DNA of 64,000 bases. Origin: Eledone cirrhosa (taxonomy: Eukaryota). Below, piece by piece: positions 27,121 through 40,239 of this stretch. The number at the start of each line of letters is the position of its first letter. Position 1 is the first letter of the stretch. Where the stretch lies: assembly GCA_964016885.1 (NCBI GenBank), contig OZ024740.1, positions 426,064,001 to 426,128,000 of the forward strand, in the 5' to 3' direction. The notes under the pieces are model-generated. The model saw only the letters and a list, made by a program, of their open reading frames with translations, did no database searches and was not told where the DNA came from. Both the position numbers and the translations under genes were made by a program.

Positions 27121-27482
27121 ATTGAAATGTCTGTTACTGGTCCTGTTACTATTAGTACTGCAGCTGATCTAGTTATATTTGCTGTTGTAGTTGTTGGTGC
27201 TGAGGTCGCTGTAAGGTCTAGTGCTCCTCTTGTGTTGTTGTTGTTGTCGGTGCCCTAATAATGTGCAGCAAGGAAGTCCTACAGTTCACAGTCTTATTTT
27301 TTTTTTTTTTGAGGGCCGAATCTCTCAAGTGGCTGGTATCACCACACAAAGGGCGGCGAGTTATTTTCTTTTAAATGTACCTCGACCAAACTCGTTAGGT
27401 GAGGGATCTCCCGGGTCATATCCAACTTTTTTGTTTGCTGTGCAGAAGGACTTCCAAACTGATCTTGGAACGAAATAATACT

Positions 27483-27680
27483 AATGATTTCGAATTTAAA
27501 TGCAAGGCCAGTAAATTTTATGAGAAAAGAGAGTTAATTATATCTACCTTAGTATTTGACTGCTACTTCATTTTATCGATCAAAGGCAAAGTTGACCTTG
27601 GTGAGATTTGAACTCGGAGCATAAAAGGCTGTAACTAAATTCTACAAAGCCGTTTGTTTGGCGCTCTACCAATTCTGCTA
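27483..27680 (-). mobile_element. tRNA-derived SINE, diverged
   Basis: caaggccag..., aaaggcaaagttgaccttggtgagatttgaactc core. Confidence 0.65.
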
Positions 27681-28144
27681 ATGATAATTCCGTGTGGAAA
27701 ATAATAGCAATAATATAAGAAAATCATGGCGGTGAAAAATTGTTTTAAGCCTGGTTCGGAAACTCTCTTATAACAATCCACGTCTGTGTTTCTGTATATT
27801 TCTATGTACATAGAGAAGTATATCATTATATATGTATGTGAAAATCAATGGATAAACAATATACATAGATGCATACAATATAAGTGTGTTTAGCCAGCCA
27901 TATGGACGAAGGGACGAGTGTTTGTGTATGTATGTATGTTTCTATGTTTGTATATATGTATATATATGTACATATGTATACATATATGTATGCATGTATA
28001 TATATATATGTATGTATGTGTATGTATGTGTGTGTGTGTATATATATATATGTATATGTATATATGTATATTTGTATACATGTATATATGCATGTATATA
28101 TATATGTGTGTGTATACATGTGTATATATATGTGTGTATATATA

Positions 28145-28176
<32 letters not shown>

Positions 28177-28213
28177 CACACACACACATACACATACAAA
28201 CATATATATATAT

Positions 28214-28698
28214 AGTTGGTGCTACTGTTAACATGTATCCCAGTACAACCTGTCTCATGGTCATTGGCGACTAACTTTGGACATCCTGCAGGACTAACAA
28301 CAAAACCTGTCAAAGGGCAAAAGAGCTCTTAAGAATCAATGGCCATCCAAAATCACCGGGAGAGATGACCCATTAGCCTTTGTCAAGGTAGAATTCTAGG
28401 AGAAGGAAAACTCTGATATAACACCTGCAACCCTGATGGTATCCAATGATGTTGACTTGTTCTTATTTTTGATAAATATCATCTTGGTTAAGAGAGTGGG
28501 ACTGGCTTTGTGCAGTGCCTTTGCTCACTATAAAAGCTTCACGGCACAGGTATTGCTTTATATCTGGAGATCTCTCTGCACTTGTCGTTAAATGGTACCA
28601 TGGGCCCAGCACTATGTGTCAATAATTGTCACAAGTGTAGTGTTTGTACCAGAGTTTTCAAGTCTCTGGCTGGACTAAAAAGTCACACTCGTTCAGTG
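28214..28698 (+). mobile_element. Non-autonomous RTE-derived element, copy 2 (internally deleted, 3'-truncated)
   Basis: Homologous to 44620-45222; encodes [22 protein letters not shown]. Confidence 0.7.
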
Positions 28699-28840
28699 TA
28701 TATATATAACGGAGGAAATGTGGTAAGGAACCAGGTGGACCATAACGCACCAAAGTACTCAATACTTAGGGTAGTAGATTGTGTAATAGGAACGAGTAGG
28801 ACCCCGACGGCTGAGCTCAAGCCGCTTCGACGGCAATATA

Positions 28841-28887
<47 letters not shown>

Positions 28888-29196
28888 AATATATACATTG
28901 AATATTTACTCCATGAAATTGATGAGTGTTCTAAATCAGTTATAAACATTTATATTTATATTTGTCGGATTTCCAACAAATCAAATAGCCCTTCTACTTA
29001 TATATCTATATCTATATATATCTATATATATCTATATATATCTATATATATATATATATATATATATGTAGGAGGTGAGTTTTATTGTAGTACAATAAAG
29101 CAATGCAGATATCGGATAAGTAGCACTCTACAGTTTGTAGGACTGGAGTATGAATAATAATATACAAGATCAAAAGATGGTTAAAAGAGTTCCATG

Positions 29197-29267
29197 TATT
29201 TTATTATGAGCATTTCAAAAACAAATATCATCATGTAATAACATTTGCGTTTTCGTCAGATAAAATA
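29197..29267 (-). ncRNA. Type I hammerhead motif (family A; helix III ATGCTCAT, palindrome broken)
   Basis: Reverse complement of tattttattatgagcatttc...tcgtcagataaaata. Confidence 0.65.
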
Positions 29268-29404
29268 GGGAGACATGATATGAAGGTTAAAACACACTTG
29301 TGAATAGTGCAGTTTTAAATCAACATATGGATATCAACATATGATATGTTGATTTAAAACTGCACTATTCACAAGTGTGTTTTAACCTTCATATCATGTC
29401 TCCC

Positions 29405-29475
29405 TATTTTATCTGACGAAACCGCAAATGTTATTGCATGATGATATTTGTTTTTGAAATGCGCATAATAAAATA
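29405..29475 (+). ncRNA. Type I hammerhead motif (family A)
   Basis: tattttat-CTGACGA(29413-29419)-stem II-GAAA(29456-29459)-tgcgcaTA-ataaaata. Confidence 0.75.
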
Positions 29476-29505
29476 CATGGAACTCTTTTAACCATCTTTT
29501 GATCT

Positions 29506-29565
<60 letters not shown>

Positions 29566-29803
29566 TATATTAGTATATATATATATATGGAATATATATA
29601 TGTATTTACGACTGTAAGTTTTCAATGTATTAGGATAAAAGCTTAAGAGAAATATATGGTAGCAGGTGCTGTGAAAATGCAAGGTAACACACCATTATTT
29701 AATGTCTCTATACATTTATAATTGTTTCTACATTTGGCACAAGGCCAGCAATTACCCAATGTATGATCAAAGCATAGTTGAACGGCGAAAGATATTCCCA
29801 CTT

Positions 29804-29841
<38 letters not shown>

Positions 29842-29845
<4 letters not shown>

Positions 29846-30505
29846 AGTTAATATAAATTAATATATGATAAACACATAAGTGTTTGTATTGCAAAAGACG
29901 AAGTTAGCTAGAATGAAATAAACTAATTAAAATAAATATAGTTTTTCTGTCTCGATATAAATCAATAAAAACAAACCCATATTGGCAAAAGCCGTGATTC
30001 CTGGACAAATTTAAATTTCAAAATCCAAACCTGCTCCGTAGATGAATTTGAACTTCAAAACCTAAATATGTTTCGCAACTAAGGTATAAAAAGTGAAATC
30101 TTCAAATCTTCTGTGCTTATCAACAGGAATCCAGAAAAATTAGGACATTTCACCTCCAAAAATGTTGTAGGACTGGTTCACAAGTACAAACGTACGAGGT
30201 ACACAGCTCACTAGCTATCTCATACTCACAGTGCTAGAAATAACAGCCGTTTATATGGGATTAAAAATTAGCTCAACAGCAAGGAGCCGTAATATTATAT
30301 TATATTTAGAGTTTTAAAATCAAAAAGTCATTTACAATTAATTAGCTCAAAGAAAGAAGCATTTCTGAGCCGTGAAATACAAGTTAATATAAATTAATAT
30401 ATGATAAACACATAAGTGTTTGTATTGCAAAAGACGAAGTTAGCTAGAATGAAATAAACTAATTAAAATAAATATAGTTTGTCTGTCTCGTTATAAATCA
30501 ATAAA

Positions 30506-30510
<5 letters not shown>
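29842..30510. mobile_element. Non-coding element with ~133-bp terminal direct repeats (pseudo-LTR/TRIM-like) in (TA)n
   Basis: tacaagttaatataaattaat...aatcaataaaaacaa occurs at ~29842-29974 and ~30378-30510; duplicate at ~32298-32966. Confidence 0.55.
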
Positions 30511-30574
<64 letters not shown>

Positions 30575-30578
<4 letters not shown>

Positions 30579-30913
30579 GAAAAATTTGAACAGGGACAGA
30601 ACAGAGAGGCAATACAATAAATGTTTATTAAATTCACGCTCAGGAGAGTGGGGGCTAGGTGGGGGACTTTTTTAAAAGAGGGACTTGATGTCTAGGGTGA
30701 AGAGGAATGGCTGTGGGCCGAGTAGGTAGGTGAAAGAGTCGAAAAGGCGCAGGGCGTGGTTGGTGTCGGAGATGTGGGAGGGGAGGGTGGTGACAAGGGG
30801 GGCGAGGAGGGAGTCGAGAAAGGCGGAGATGAGTTCGGTGGGGCAGTTGCAAGCGGAGACGATGGGGCGGCCGGGGTTGTCGGGTTTGTGGAGTTTGGGG
30901 AGGAAGTAGATGG
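30575..30913 (-). mobile_element. PLE RT N-terminal fragment (different family from the 6.7-kb element)
   Basis: TIYFLPKLHKPDNPGRPIVSACNCPTELISAFLD...FLFTLDIKSLF is the typical PLE RT domain 1 to motif A; between TA tracts. Confidence 0.8.
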
Positions 30914-30944
<31 letters not shown>

Positions 30945-31523
30945 CATTTGAATTTTTTCCAAACTGAAGGATGAGTATTTTAAACTTTATTTTATCATTA
31001 GTTAAGGCTCTATTGACTTTTCCATGGATTTCACTAAATTCTGTGGATGAATCTATATCCTGATTCTCTCTGAGATGAGTTTGAATTATTTTTCCCACAT
31101 CTTACGTTAACTATTTTTCCCATTTTGACGCTATAGTCAGTTATATATTATGGAATACTGTTGGCTTTTCGCTACAATGTTTTCTATACCTTTCATTTAT
31201 ATATATATATATATATATAACAAAGGAATTGTGGTAAGGAACCAAATGGCCCATAACATACCAGAGTACTCAATACTTAGGGTAGTAGAGTGGGAAATAG
31301 GAAAAAGTATAATCCCGACGGCAGAGCTCAAGCCGTTTCGACGGTTATTTCTGGACTTTTTTTTTCTTATGTTTTTTTCCCTTTTTTTAAAATTTATTTA
31401 TTTATTTATTTATTTTTTGTTTTGTTAGGGTTAGGGTTTTTTTGTTTTGTTTCGTTTCCAGAAATACCCGTCGAAACGGCTTGAGCTCTGCCGTCGGGGT
31501 CATACTTTTCCTATATATATATA

Positions 31524-31559
<36 letters not shown>

Positions 31560-31685
31560 GGAGGTGAGTTTTATTGTAGTACAATAAAGCAATGCAGATA
31601 TCGGATAAGTAGCACTCTACAGTTTGTAGGACTGGAGTATGAATAATAATATACAAGATCAAAAGATGGTTAAAAGAGTTCCATG

Positions 31686-31756
31686 TATTTTATTATGAGC
31701 ATTTCAAAAACAAATATCATCATGTAATAACATTTGCGTTTTCGTCAGATAAAATA
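31686..31756 (-). ncRNA. Type I hammerhead motif (family A)
   Basis: Duplicate of 29197-29267. Confidence 0.65.
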
Positions 31757-31893
31757 GGGAGACATGATATGAAGGTTAAAACACACTTGTGAATAGTGCA
31801 GTTTTAAATCAACATATGGATATCAACATATGATATGTTGATTTAAAACTGCACTATTCACAAGTGTGTTTTAACCTTCATATCATGTCTCCC

Positions 31894-31963
31894 TATTTTA
31901 TCTGACGAACCGCAAATGTTATTGCATGATGATATTTGTTTTTGAAATGCGCATAATAAAATA
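31894..31963 (+). ncRNA. Type I hammerhead motif (family A)
   Basis: tattttat-CTGACGA-stem II-GAAA(31944-31947)-tgcgcaTA-ataaaata. Confidence 0.7.
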
Positions 31964-31993
31964 CATGGAACTCTTTTAACCATCTTTTGATCT

Positions 31994-32031
<38 letters not shown>

Positions 32032-32961
32032 TATATTAGTATATATATATATATGGAATATATATATGTATTTACGACTGTAAGTTTTCAATGTATTAGG
32101 ATAAAAGCTTAAGAGAAATATATGGTAGCAGGTGCTGTGAAAATGCAAGGTAACACACCATTATTTAATGTCTCTATACATTTATAATTGTTTCTACATT
32201 TGGCACAAGGCCAGCAATTACCCAATGTATGATCAAAGCATAGTTGAACGGCGAAAGATATTCCCACTTCAAATATATATATATATATATATATATATAC
32301 AAGTTAATATAAATTAATATATGATAAACACATAAGTGTTTGTATAGCAAAAGACGAAGTTAGCTAGAATGAAATAAACTAATTAAAATAAATATAGTTT
32401 GTCTGTCTCGATATAAATCAATAAAAATAAACACATATTGGAAAAAGCCGTGATTCCTGGACAAATTTAACTTTCAAAATCCAAACCTGCTCCGTAGATG
32501 AATTTGAACTTCAAAACCTAAATATGTTTCGCAACTAAGGTATAAAAAGTGAAATCTTCAAATCTTCTGTGCTTATCAACAGGAATCCAGAAAAATTAGG
32601 ACATTTCACCTCCAAAAATGTTGTAGGACTGGTTCACAAGTACAAACGCACGAGGTACACAGCTCACTAGCTATCTCATACTCACAGTGCTAGAAATAAC
32701 AGCCGTTTATATGGGATTAAAAATTAGCTCAACAGCAAGGAGCCGTAATATTATATTATATTTAGAGTTTTAAACTCAAAAAGTCATTTACAATTAATTA
32801 GCTCAAAGAAAGAAGCATTTCTGAGCCGTGAAATACAAGTTAATATAAATTAATATATGATAAACACATAAGTGTTTGTATTGCAAAAGACGAAGTTAGC
32901 TAGAATGAAATAAACTAATTAAAATAAATATAGTTTGTCTGTCTCGATATAAATCAATAAA

Positions 32962-33012
<51 letters not shown>

Positions 33013-33016
<4 letters not shown>

Positions 33017-33349
33017 GAAAAATTTGAACAGGGACAGAACAGAGAGGCAATACAATAAATGTTTATTAAATTCACGCTCAGGAGAGTGGGGGGTAGGTGG
33101 GGGACTTTTTTAAAAGAGGGACTTGATGTCTAGGGTGAAGAGGAATGGCTGTGGGCCGAGTAGGTAGGTGAAAGAGTCGAAAAGGCGCAGGGCGTGGTTG
33201 GTGTCGGAGATGTGGGAGGGGAGGGTGGTGACAAGGGGGGCGAGGAGGGAGTCGAGAAAGGCGGAGATGAGTTCGGTGGGGCAGTTGCAAGCGGAGACGA
33301 TGGGGCGGCCGGGGTTGTCGGGTTTGTGGAGTTTGGGGAGGAAGTAGAT

Positions 33350-33352
<3 letters not shown>
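33013..33352 (-). mobile_element. PLE RT fragment (duplicate)
   Basis: Identical YFLPKLHKPDNPGRPIVS...LDIKSLF peptide. Confidence 0.8.
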
Positions 33353-33390
<38 letters not shown>

Positions 33391-33640
33391 CATTTGAATT
33401 TTTTCCAAATTGAAGGATGAGTATTTTAAACTTTATTTTATCATGAGTTAAGGCTCTATTGACTTTTCCATGGATTTCACTAAATTCTGTGGATGAATCT
33501 ATATCCTGATTCTCTCTGAGATGAGTTTGAATTATTTTTCCCACATCTTACGTTAACTATTTTTCCCATTTTGACGCTACAGTCAGTTATATATTATGGA
33601 ATACTGTTGGCTTTTCGCTACAATGTTTTCTATACCTTTC

Positions 33641-33698
<58 letters not shown>

Positions 33699-33989
33699 CA
33701 AAGGAATTGTGGTAAGGAACCAAATGGCCCATAACATACCAGAGTACTCAATACTTAGGGTAGTAGAGTGGGAAATAGGAAAAAGTATAATCCCGACGGC
33801 AGAGCTCAAGCCGTTTCGACGATTATTTCTGGACTTTTTTTTTCTTATGTTTTTTTCCCTTTTTTTTAAATTTATTTATTTATTTATTTATTTATTTTTT
33901 TGTTAGGGTTAGGGTTTTTTTGTTTTGTTTCGTTTCCAGAAATACCCGTCGAAACGGCTTGAGCTCTGCCGTCGGGGTCATACTTTTCC

Positions 33990-34115
<126 letters not shown>

Positions 34116-34251
34116 TGTGTGTGTGTGTCAATATATATATACATATATGATAGTTGAAACAGAAAACAAAAAACAAAAAACAACAGCGATTAAGCGAAGA
34201 GGCAGTACAAAATGTTAATATTAGTTTCACGCTTAGGAGTATATATATATA

Positions 34252-36643
34252 TCCTTACCAGAAGACGTGACAGAGTGTCTGTTGTAAACACTAAATCCCT
34301 CCCCCATGAAGAATGCACCTCCCAACATAGACTGATAATTAGCGACCTCATAGTCAGGACGAGACGTACTCGACAGCAGAAGGGGACTATCCTCAGGACA
34401 AAAATATGGAAGCTAATGGACCCCACAGCCAGAAATAAATTTCAAAGCATATTACTTGATGCTTTCGACAGTAAGGAAGAGCATTTAGAGTCGGACAATA
34501 TAGAGGGACAGTGGGAATTTCTGAAAGCAAACCTGCTGATGGCGACAGACGAAGTCTGTGGCTGGAGCAGGCCTGTAGGCAGGAGGAGAGTAACATGGTG
34601 GTGGAACAGTAGGGTAGAGGGGTCAATTAAGGCCATAAAGCAGGCTTGGAAAGTATGGCGGGATGGGGGAAGTAGAGAAGACTATCAAGTGGCCAGGAGG
34701 GAGGCTAGGAGACAAGTGTACTTCGCAAGAAGGGAAGCAGAGGAAAGAAAGTTCAAGCATGTTCTACAACGCGAGGACCAAAAACGTGAGGTGTTCAGGA
34801 TTGCTAGGCAATGTGTCAAGGAAAACCGTGATATTGTCGAGGAGAAGTGTGTACTTAATGATGACGGCGTACTTGCCATCACCGACGCTGATAAGAAGGT
34901 AGCTTGGAAGTGCCACTATGAATGGCTACTAAATGAGGAGAATAAATGGGAGAAAGACAGTCTCCCCCACATCGACCCAATAGAGGAGAAGTGTGTACTT
35001 AATGATGACGGCGTACACGCCATCACCGACGCTGATAAGAAGGTAGCTTGGAAGTGCCACTATGAAAGGCTACTAAATGAGGAGAATAAATGGGAGAAAG
35101 ACAGTCTCCCCCACATCGACCCAATAGAGGGACCAGCAGTGTTAGTCGAGGGTAGTATAATAGCAGCATCATCGTTAACTGTTATAAGGGTAAAGGAGAT
35201 GCCCTAGATAGGAGTAACTATAGAGGCATTAAACTAATCGACCAGGTCATGAAGGTCACGGAAAAAGTAATAGCGCAACTAATCAGAGAGAGAATTGACC
35301 TAGATGAAATGCAGTTCGGGTTTGTGTCAGGCAAAAGTACCACAGACGCTCTTTTCATTGTACGTCAACTACAGGAGAAGTACCTAGCTAAAGGTAAACC
35401 CCTCTACTTAGCTTTTGTCGACTTGGAGAAAGCCTTCGACAGAGTCCCCCGTTCCATTATCTGGTGGGCCCTTAGAAAACTAGGTGTCGACGAATGGCTT
35501 GTGAGAGCTATACAAGCCATGTATAAAGAAACAGTCAGCAAGGTTAGAATTAACAACGAATATAGTGAAGAGTTTAGCGTAAAAGTTGGCGTCCATCAGG
35601 GCTCTGTTCTCAGCCCCCTACTATTTATTATTGCCCTTCAGGCTATAACAGAGGAGTTCAAGACCGGCTGCCCATGGGAACTCCTATACGCAGACGACCT
35701 GACACTCATAGCTGAATCAATGGCCGAGCTAGAGAAGAAATTCCAAACATGGAAGCACGGCCTAGAATCAAAAGGCCCTAAAATTAACCTGGCTAAGACT
35801 AAAGTTCTAGTTTGTAGGAAAGAAAATAAGGCGGCGGTCCCTTCCGGGAAATAGCCATGCTCAGTGTGTAGGAAAGGCGTAGGTAGAAACTCCATATTAT
35901 GTCCCAAATGCAAAGTATGGGTGCATAAAAGATGTAGTGGGATCACAGGTAAGCTAACTAAGAACTTAGATTTTACATGTGGGCGGTGCTCTGGTGCAAT
36001 AAGTAGCAGCGAGTGCCCACAGAATACTAACTCTTTCAATTGCGCAGAGGGCTCTATAGAAATAGTGGACATCTTCCGTTACCTGGGTGACAAAATCAGC
36101 AGTGGGGGAGGGTGCTCCGAAAGTACAGTAGCTAGAGTCAGAACTGGATGGAAAAAGTTCAGAGAGCTTATACCACTATTAGCCGCTAAAGGGTCCTCCC
36201 TAAAAATGAAAGGCAGGTTGTATGATGCCTGCATACGAACAGCAATGTTGCATGGCAGTGAGACCTGGGCATTGTGCGCAGAGGATATACGCAGACTAGA
36301 GAGGAACGAAGCTTGCATGCTCCGCTGGATGTGTAATAGTAATATACGTGAACGGCAAAGCATAAACGAACTAAGGAAAAAATTAGAAATAAGAGGGATC
36401 AGATGTTGTTTACTCGAGAGAAGGCTACGTTGGTACGGACACGTGATGCGCATGAAAGTCGATAGCTGTATAACAAAGTGCAGGGCAATAAAGATAGACG
36501 GTAGCCACGGAATAGGCAGACCTAGAAAATCCTGGGACGAGCTGATAAACTCCGACCTCACACACTTACACCTCTCCAAGACAATGTCACTGGACCGAGA
36601 CCTTTGGCGGTACTCAGTAATAGACAAGACCCGCCTTACCTAA
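34252..36643 (+). pseudogene. RTE ORF (RT with inserted PHD-like Zn finger), disrupted
   Basis: Frameshifting deletion near 35165, in-frame TAG at 35852-35854, and a 144-bp internal duplication. Confidence 0.85.
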
Positions 36644-37042
36644 ATACATAGTAAAACCTACTACAGCCAGTAGGCATCTCTAACAAAATACACCCCCGTC
36701 CCACCACCCACACACCCTCCACACCACCCCCTCCTATGTAAAGTTATGTTGGTGCCACAACATCCAGGCCGAAACAAGTGAGATCGTGTAGGTGTCACGA
36801 CAAAAAAACACACAGTCCACGCTGTAATGTGGCCGTGTAGGCAACACGGTAAAAACCTCCCAGTCCCACACTGTAAATGTGGTTGGTGTTAGGAAGGGCA
36901 TCCAACTGTAGAAAACCTGCCAGACAGTCCTATGCGAGCAAGACAATCACTCTTGCCTCAAGTGGGAATACCCCCGTCCAAACCCATGCAAACGTGGAAC
37001 ACGGACGTTAAACGTTGATGATGATGATGATGATGATGATGA
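34252..37042 (+). mobile_element. RTE-clade LINE, 5'-truncated, with 3' UTR and (GAT)n tail
   Basis: End of AP endonuclease (SQHRLII), TWWWN, YKGKGD..NYRGIKL, QFGF, FVDLEKAFDRV, GVHQGSVLSPLLF, LYADD, FRYLG, LHGSETW, RLRWYGH, GRPRKSW; 3' end ...ggacgttaaacgtt(gat)n. Confidence 0.92.
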
Positions 37043-37205
37043 TATATATATATATATATATGTCATATCCGATCGATTCTTTCAGTCTCTCACAGGGATA
37101 CTACCTTGATAATGGGTTTTTAAACCCCCAAATATTTGGGATTATTAAATTTTGTAAGGTAATATATTCTATTGTTATCTTAGTAATTTTAATTTTCTAG
37201 TGTAT

Positions 37206-37299
<94 letters not shown>

Positions 37300-37507
37300 T
37301 TTCTGAATTTGTTTAGCAAGATTCTTTATCTGAAAACGTGTGTTGAAACCGATATCGTTATACTTTGGGAGGGTCATGTTGCCAATAAGAAACACACGCA
37401 CCAGTAACTATCACTTCAATTTATTATAAATTAAATTTGTAAATTTAGGAATTTATAAATTTCCGGTTGGTTGGTTGGTTCCACAACCAGACGATTGTTC
37501 ATATATT

Positions 37508-37550
37508 GTCAAAGTTCTTTCGTCACTCATTCTGTGACCTCTTCAGTGAC
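37508..37550 (-). ncRNA. Minimal type I hammerhead motif, slightly degenerate
   Basis: Minus: gtca-CTGAAGA-g-gtcac agaatga gtgac-GAAA-gaacT-T-tgac; lies in segment 37297-37780 between TA tracts. Confidence 0.55.
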
Positions 37551-37814
37551 TGGGGATTCTTTTCTTTGTTTTTGTGCCTCTCCTTTGTTCTGTCCTACGC
37601 CATCTTGTTTTTGTGTGTGTTGTGTGCTTAGTTTGCGCATGTGTTACACCCGTGTGTCTGTGTGTGTTTATATTTGTTTATTTATTTGTTTATTTACATG
37701 TTACTGGTTGGTTGTTTGTTCTATGTGTGTGTGTGTTTTCATTTTGTCCTTAATTGTAAGTTGTGATGTTGCTGTTCCACATATATATATATACTGTATA
37801 TATATATATATATA

Positions 37815-37850
<36 letters not shown>

Positions 37851-38235
37851 TGTATATATATGTATATATATATAATGAGAATGTCTACACTTAGGCACAT
37901 ATTTATGAAAACTTATTAAAAGCGTGTGTAGAATATTATCGTCAAAGAAAATAATACTAATAATAATCATAGTATTAATAATATTTGTAAAATTAGTTGT
38001 GTTGATGATGATGATGATGGTGATGATGGTGATGGTGGTTATGATGGTGTTGTTGTTGATGGCGGAGAAGAGGATAGTAATGATGGTGATACTGATAAGA
38101 TTGATAATGGTGATGGTGATGATGATGATGAACCTGCTGTTGATGCTTTTGGCACGAACTATTGTCAATAATACCAGATACAACAATAATATCAACAGCA
38201 ACAACAATAATATCAATTACAACCTCAATAATATC

Positions 38236-38432
38236 AATAATGTACAAGGCCAGCAGTTTTCGGGGAAGAGAAAGTCGATTAAATCGACCGCAGTGCATTA
38301 CTGGTACTATATTTTATTAACCACGTAAAGATGAAAGGCAAAGCTAAACTCGGTGGGATTTGAATTCAGAACGTAAAGGGACGTAACTATATGCTACAAA
38401 GTATGTTTTCTGACGCTCTACCGATACTGTCA
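38236..38432 (-). mobile_element. tRNA-derived SINE
   Basis: caaggccagc...ctggtactat...gatgaaaggcaaagctaaactcggtgggatttgaattc. Confidence 0.7.
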
Positions 38433-38907
38433 ATCCATACCAATAATAACAACAAATATAGAGACGTGGCCAGGACGAGACCTTCACGTAGCTATTTAAT
38501 CTGCAAGAAATAGTAGTCAAACACACCTCTATTCTCATGCTACTGTCTCAAAAGCAGAAGCACAAACAAGCAAACAAAAAAATCGAAAGAAAAAACAGGT
38601 TTTTAAAAGTCATCCATGTTATACGCATTTCCGAAATACTTACGACTAGAACGTCTTAGATCATAGTTTTCTGTTTCAGGGTTGGCATAGGACTAACAAG
38701 AACAACAACAATAATTAGACGCATTAATAAACGAAATAATGAAAATATCAATAAATAAATACTGCATGTACTCAAGTAATAACTGACCCCTTATTTTTAG
38801 CCAAAAATATCTGGAATTTTCTTTAGACCTCGTATAAAACTGGACCCTAGTATTTCACGGATAACATCTCAACATTTGTGAGGAATCATCATGTAGGTAG
38901 AAATAAC

Positions 38908-39087
38908 TGTTTCTACTTTTGGCACAAGGCTAGCAATTACCCAGTGCATTACTGGTACTTTATTTTATCGACCCCGTAAGGATGAAAGGCAAAGTTAACC
39001 TCGACGGGATTTGAACTCAGATCATACAGGGAGGTAACTCTATGCTTCAAAGCATGGCGTCCGACCCTCTACCGATACTGCCAATCC
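38908..39087 (-). mobile_element. tRNA-derived SINE with 13-bp TSD
   Basis: TSD aggtagaaataac at 38895-38907 and 39088-39100; B box gagttcaaatccc. Confidence 0.82.
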
Positions 39088-39654
39088 AGGTAGAAATAAC
39101 GTTATTGAAAATACATGTCTGAAACTAAAAACAAATACCGAAAAGGTATACTAATGGCAATTATGAAATATAAATTGATTGCACTGAGTCTGTTAAGTTT
39201 GATGGGTTCGAGTAAAAGAACAAGAGTAAATATTTACAAGAGCTACTTTATGGATTTTGTTATTTACTAGGACGTGTGTTTTGATGTATAGAATCGATAA
39301 TATTACTATAATTCTTTGTGTTTTATATTTTTATTTGTTTAAAGATCTGTTTGAATTCTCGTATTGATACGGTAGTTTCGATTGTAGTTTGAATTTCGGG
39401 CTCTGCAAAAGTACGGTCCATGTAATAGTGGACCCCATGAATTAAACATTTTTAAAAAAGGTCTAAAATTTCATGTTTTATTCTCCTTACTCTCCTTACC
39501 ACTCCCCCGCCCCTCCATCCCTTCCTCCCCTTCCACCCGATCCTCCCCTTCCATTCCTTCTCTATTCCTCTTCCTCCCCTTCCCCCCTTATAAATGAGTG
39601 AAGCAATAATGGAAAGTAAAAACAACAAAATCAGTAAAGAAAACAAAACCTAAA

Positions 39655-40000
39655 ATTGTTTCTAATTTAGGTAAAAAGTCCGACAATTTTAGTGAGGGAA
39701 AGTCGATCAAATAGACCCGAGTGTTTTACTGGTACTTCATTTTACCGATCCACGGAAAGATGAAAGGCAAAGCTAACTCCGGCGGGATTTGAACCCAGAA
39801 CGCAAAGGGACGCAACCCTATGCCATTAAGCATAATAATGATTCGTGATGTATGTACAAGACCAACAAGCTGGAGGAAAGGAAAAGTCGATTAAATCGAC
39901 TCCAGTGCATTACTGGTACTTTATTTTATTGAATCCGTAAGGATGATTCGGCGGGATTTGAACTCAGAATGTAAAGGGATGTAACTCTATGCCGTTAAGC
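39655..40000 (-). mobile_element. Two tandem tRNA-derived SINE copies
   Basis: Core ctggtactt...ggcgggatttgaac occurs twice (~39730-39795 and ~39914-39965). Confidence 0.7.
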
Positions 40001-40239
40001 AAGATAATAACAACAATCAAAATCAACAACGGTAACAATATAAGCACCCATTAAATTAAATATGTAACAATATAACTTAAAAAGAAACAAGTGTATGTGT
40101 GTGTGTGTATGTGTGTGTTTGGGTGTGTGTGTGTGTGGGGGGGGGTATTTATGAAGAAAATAAAACGAAAAAATATATAATAAAATAAAATAAAGATTTG
40201 AAGGAATAAAGTACGACTGTAGAAATATTATGGAAGCCT

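Larger units (their letters stand above)
29068..29512. mobile_element. Fold-back element family A, medium version
   Basis: ~90-bp extension plus ~170-bp inverted arms centred on caacatatggatatcaacatatgatatgttg. Confidence 0.8.
31557..32000. mobile_element. Fold-back element family A (duplicate)
   Basis: Copy of 29068-29512. Confidence 0.8.

Noticed and set aside
31425-31436. (TTAGGG)2 in the spacer of a family B fold-back (also ~33903)
   Set aside because: Only two units within a T-rich tract; insufficient evidence for telomerase or telomere involvement.
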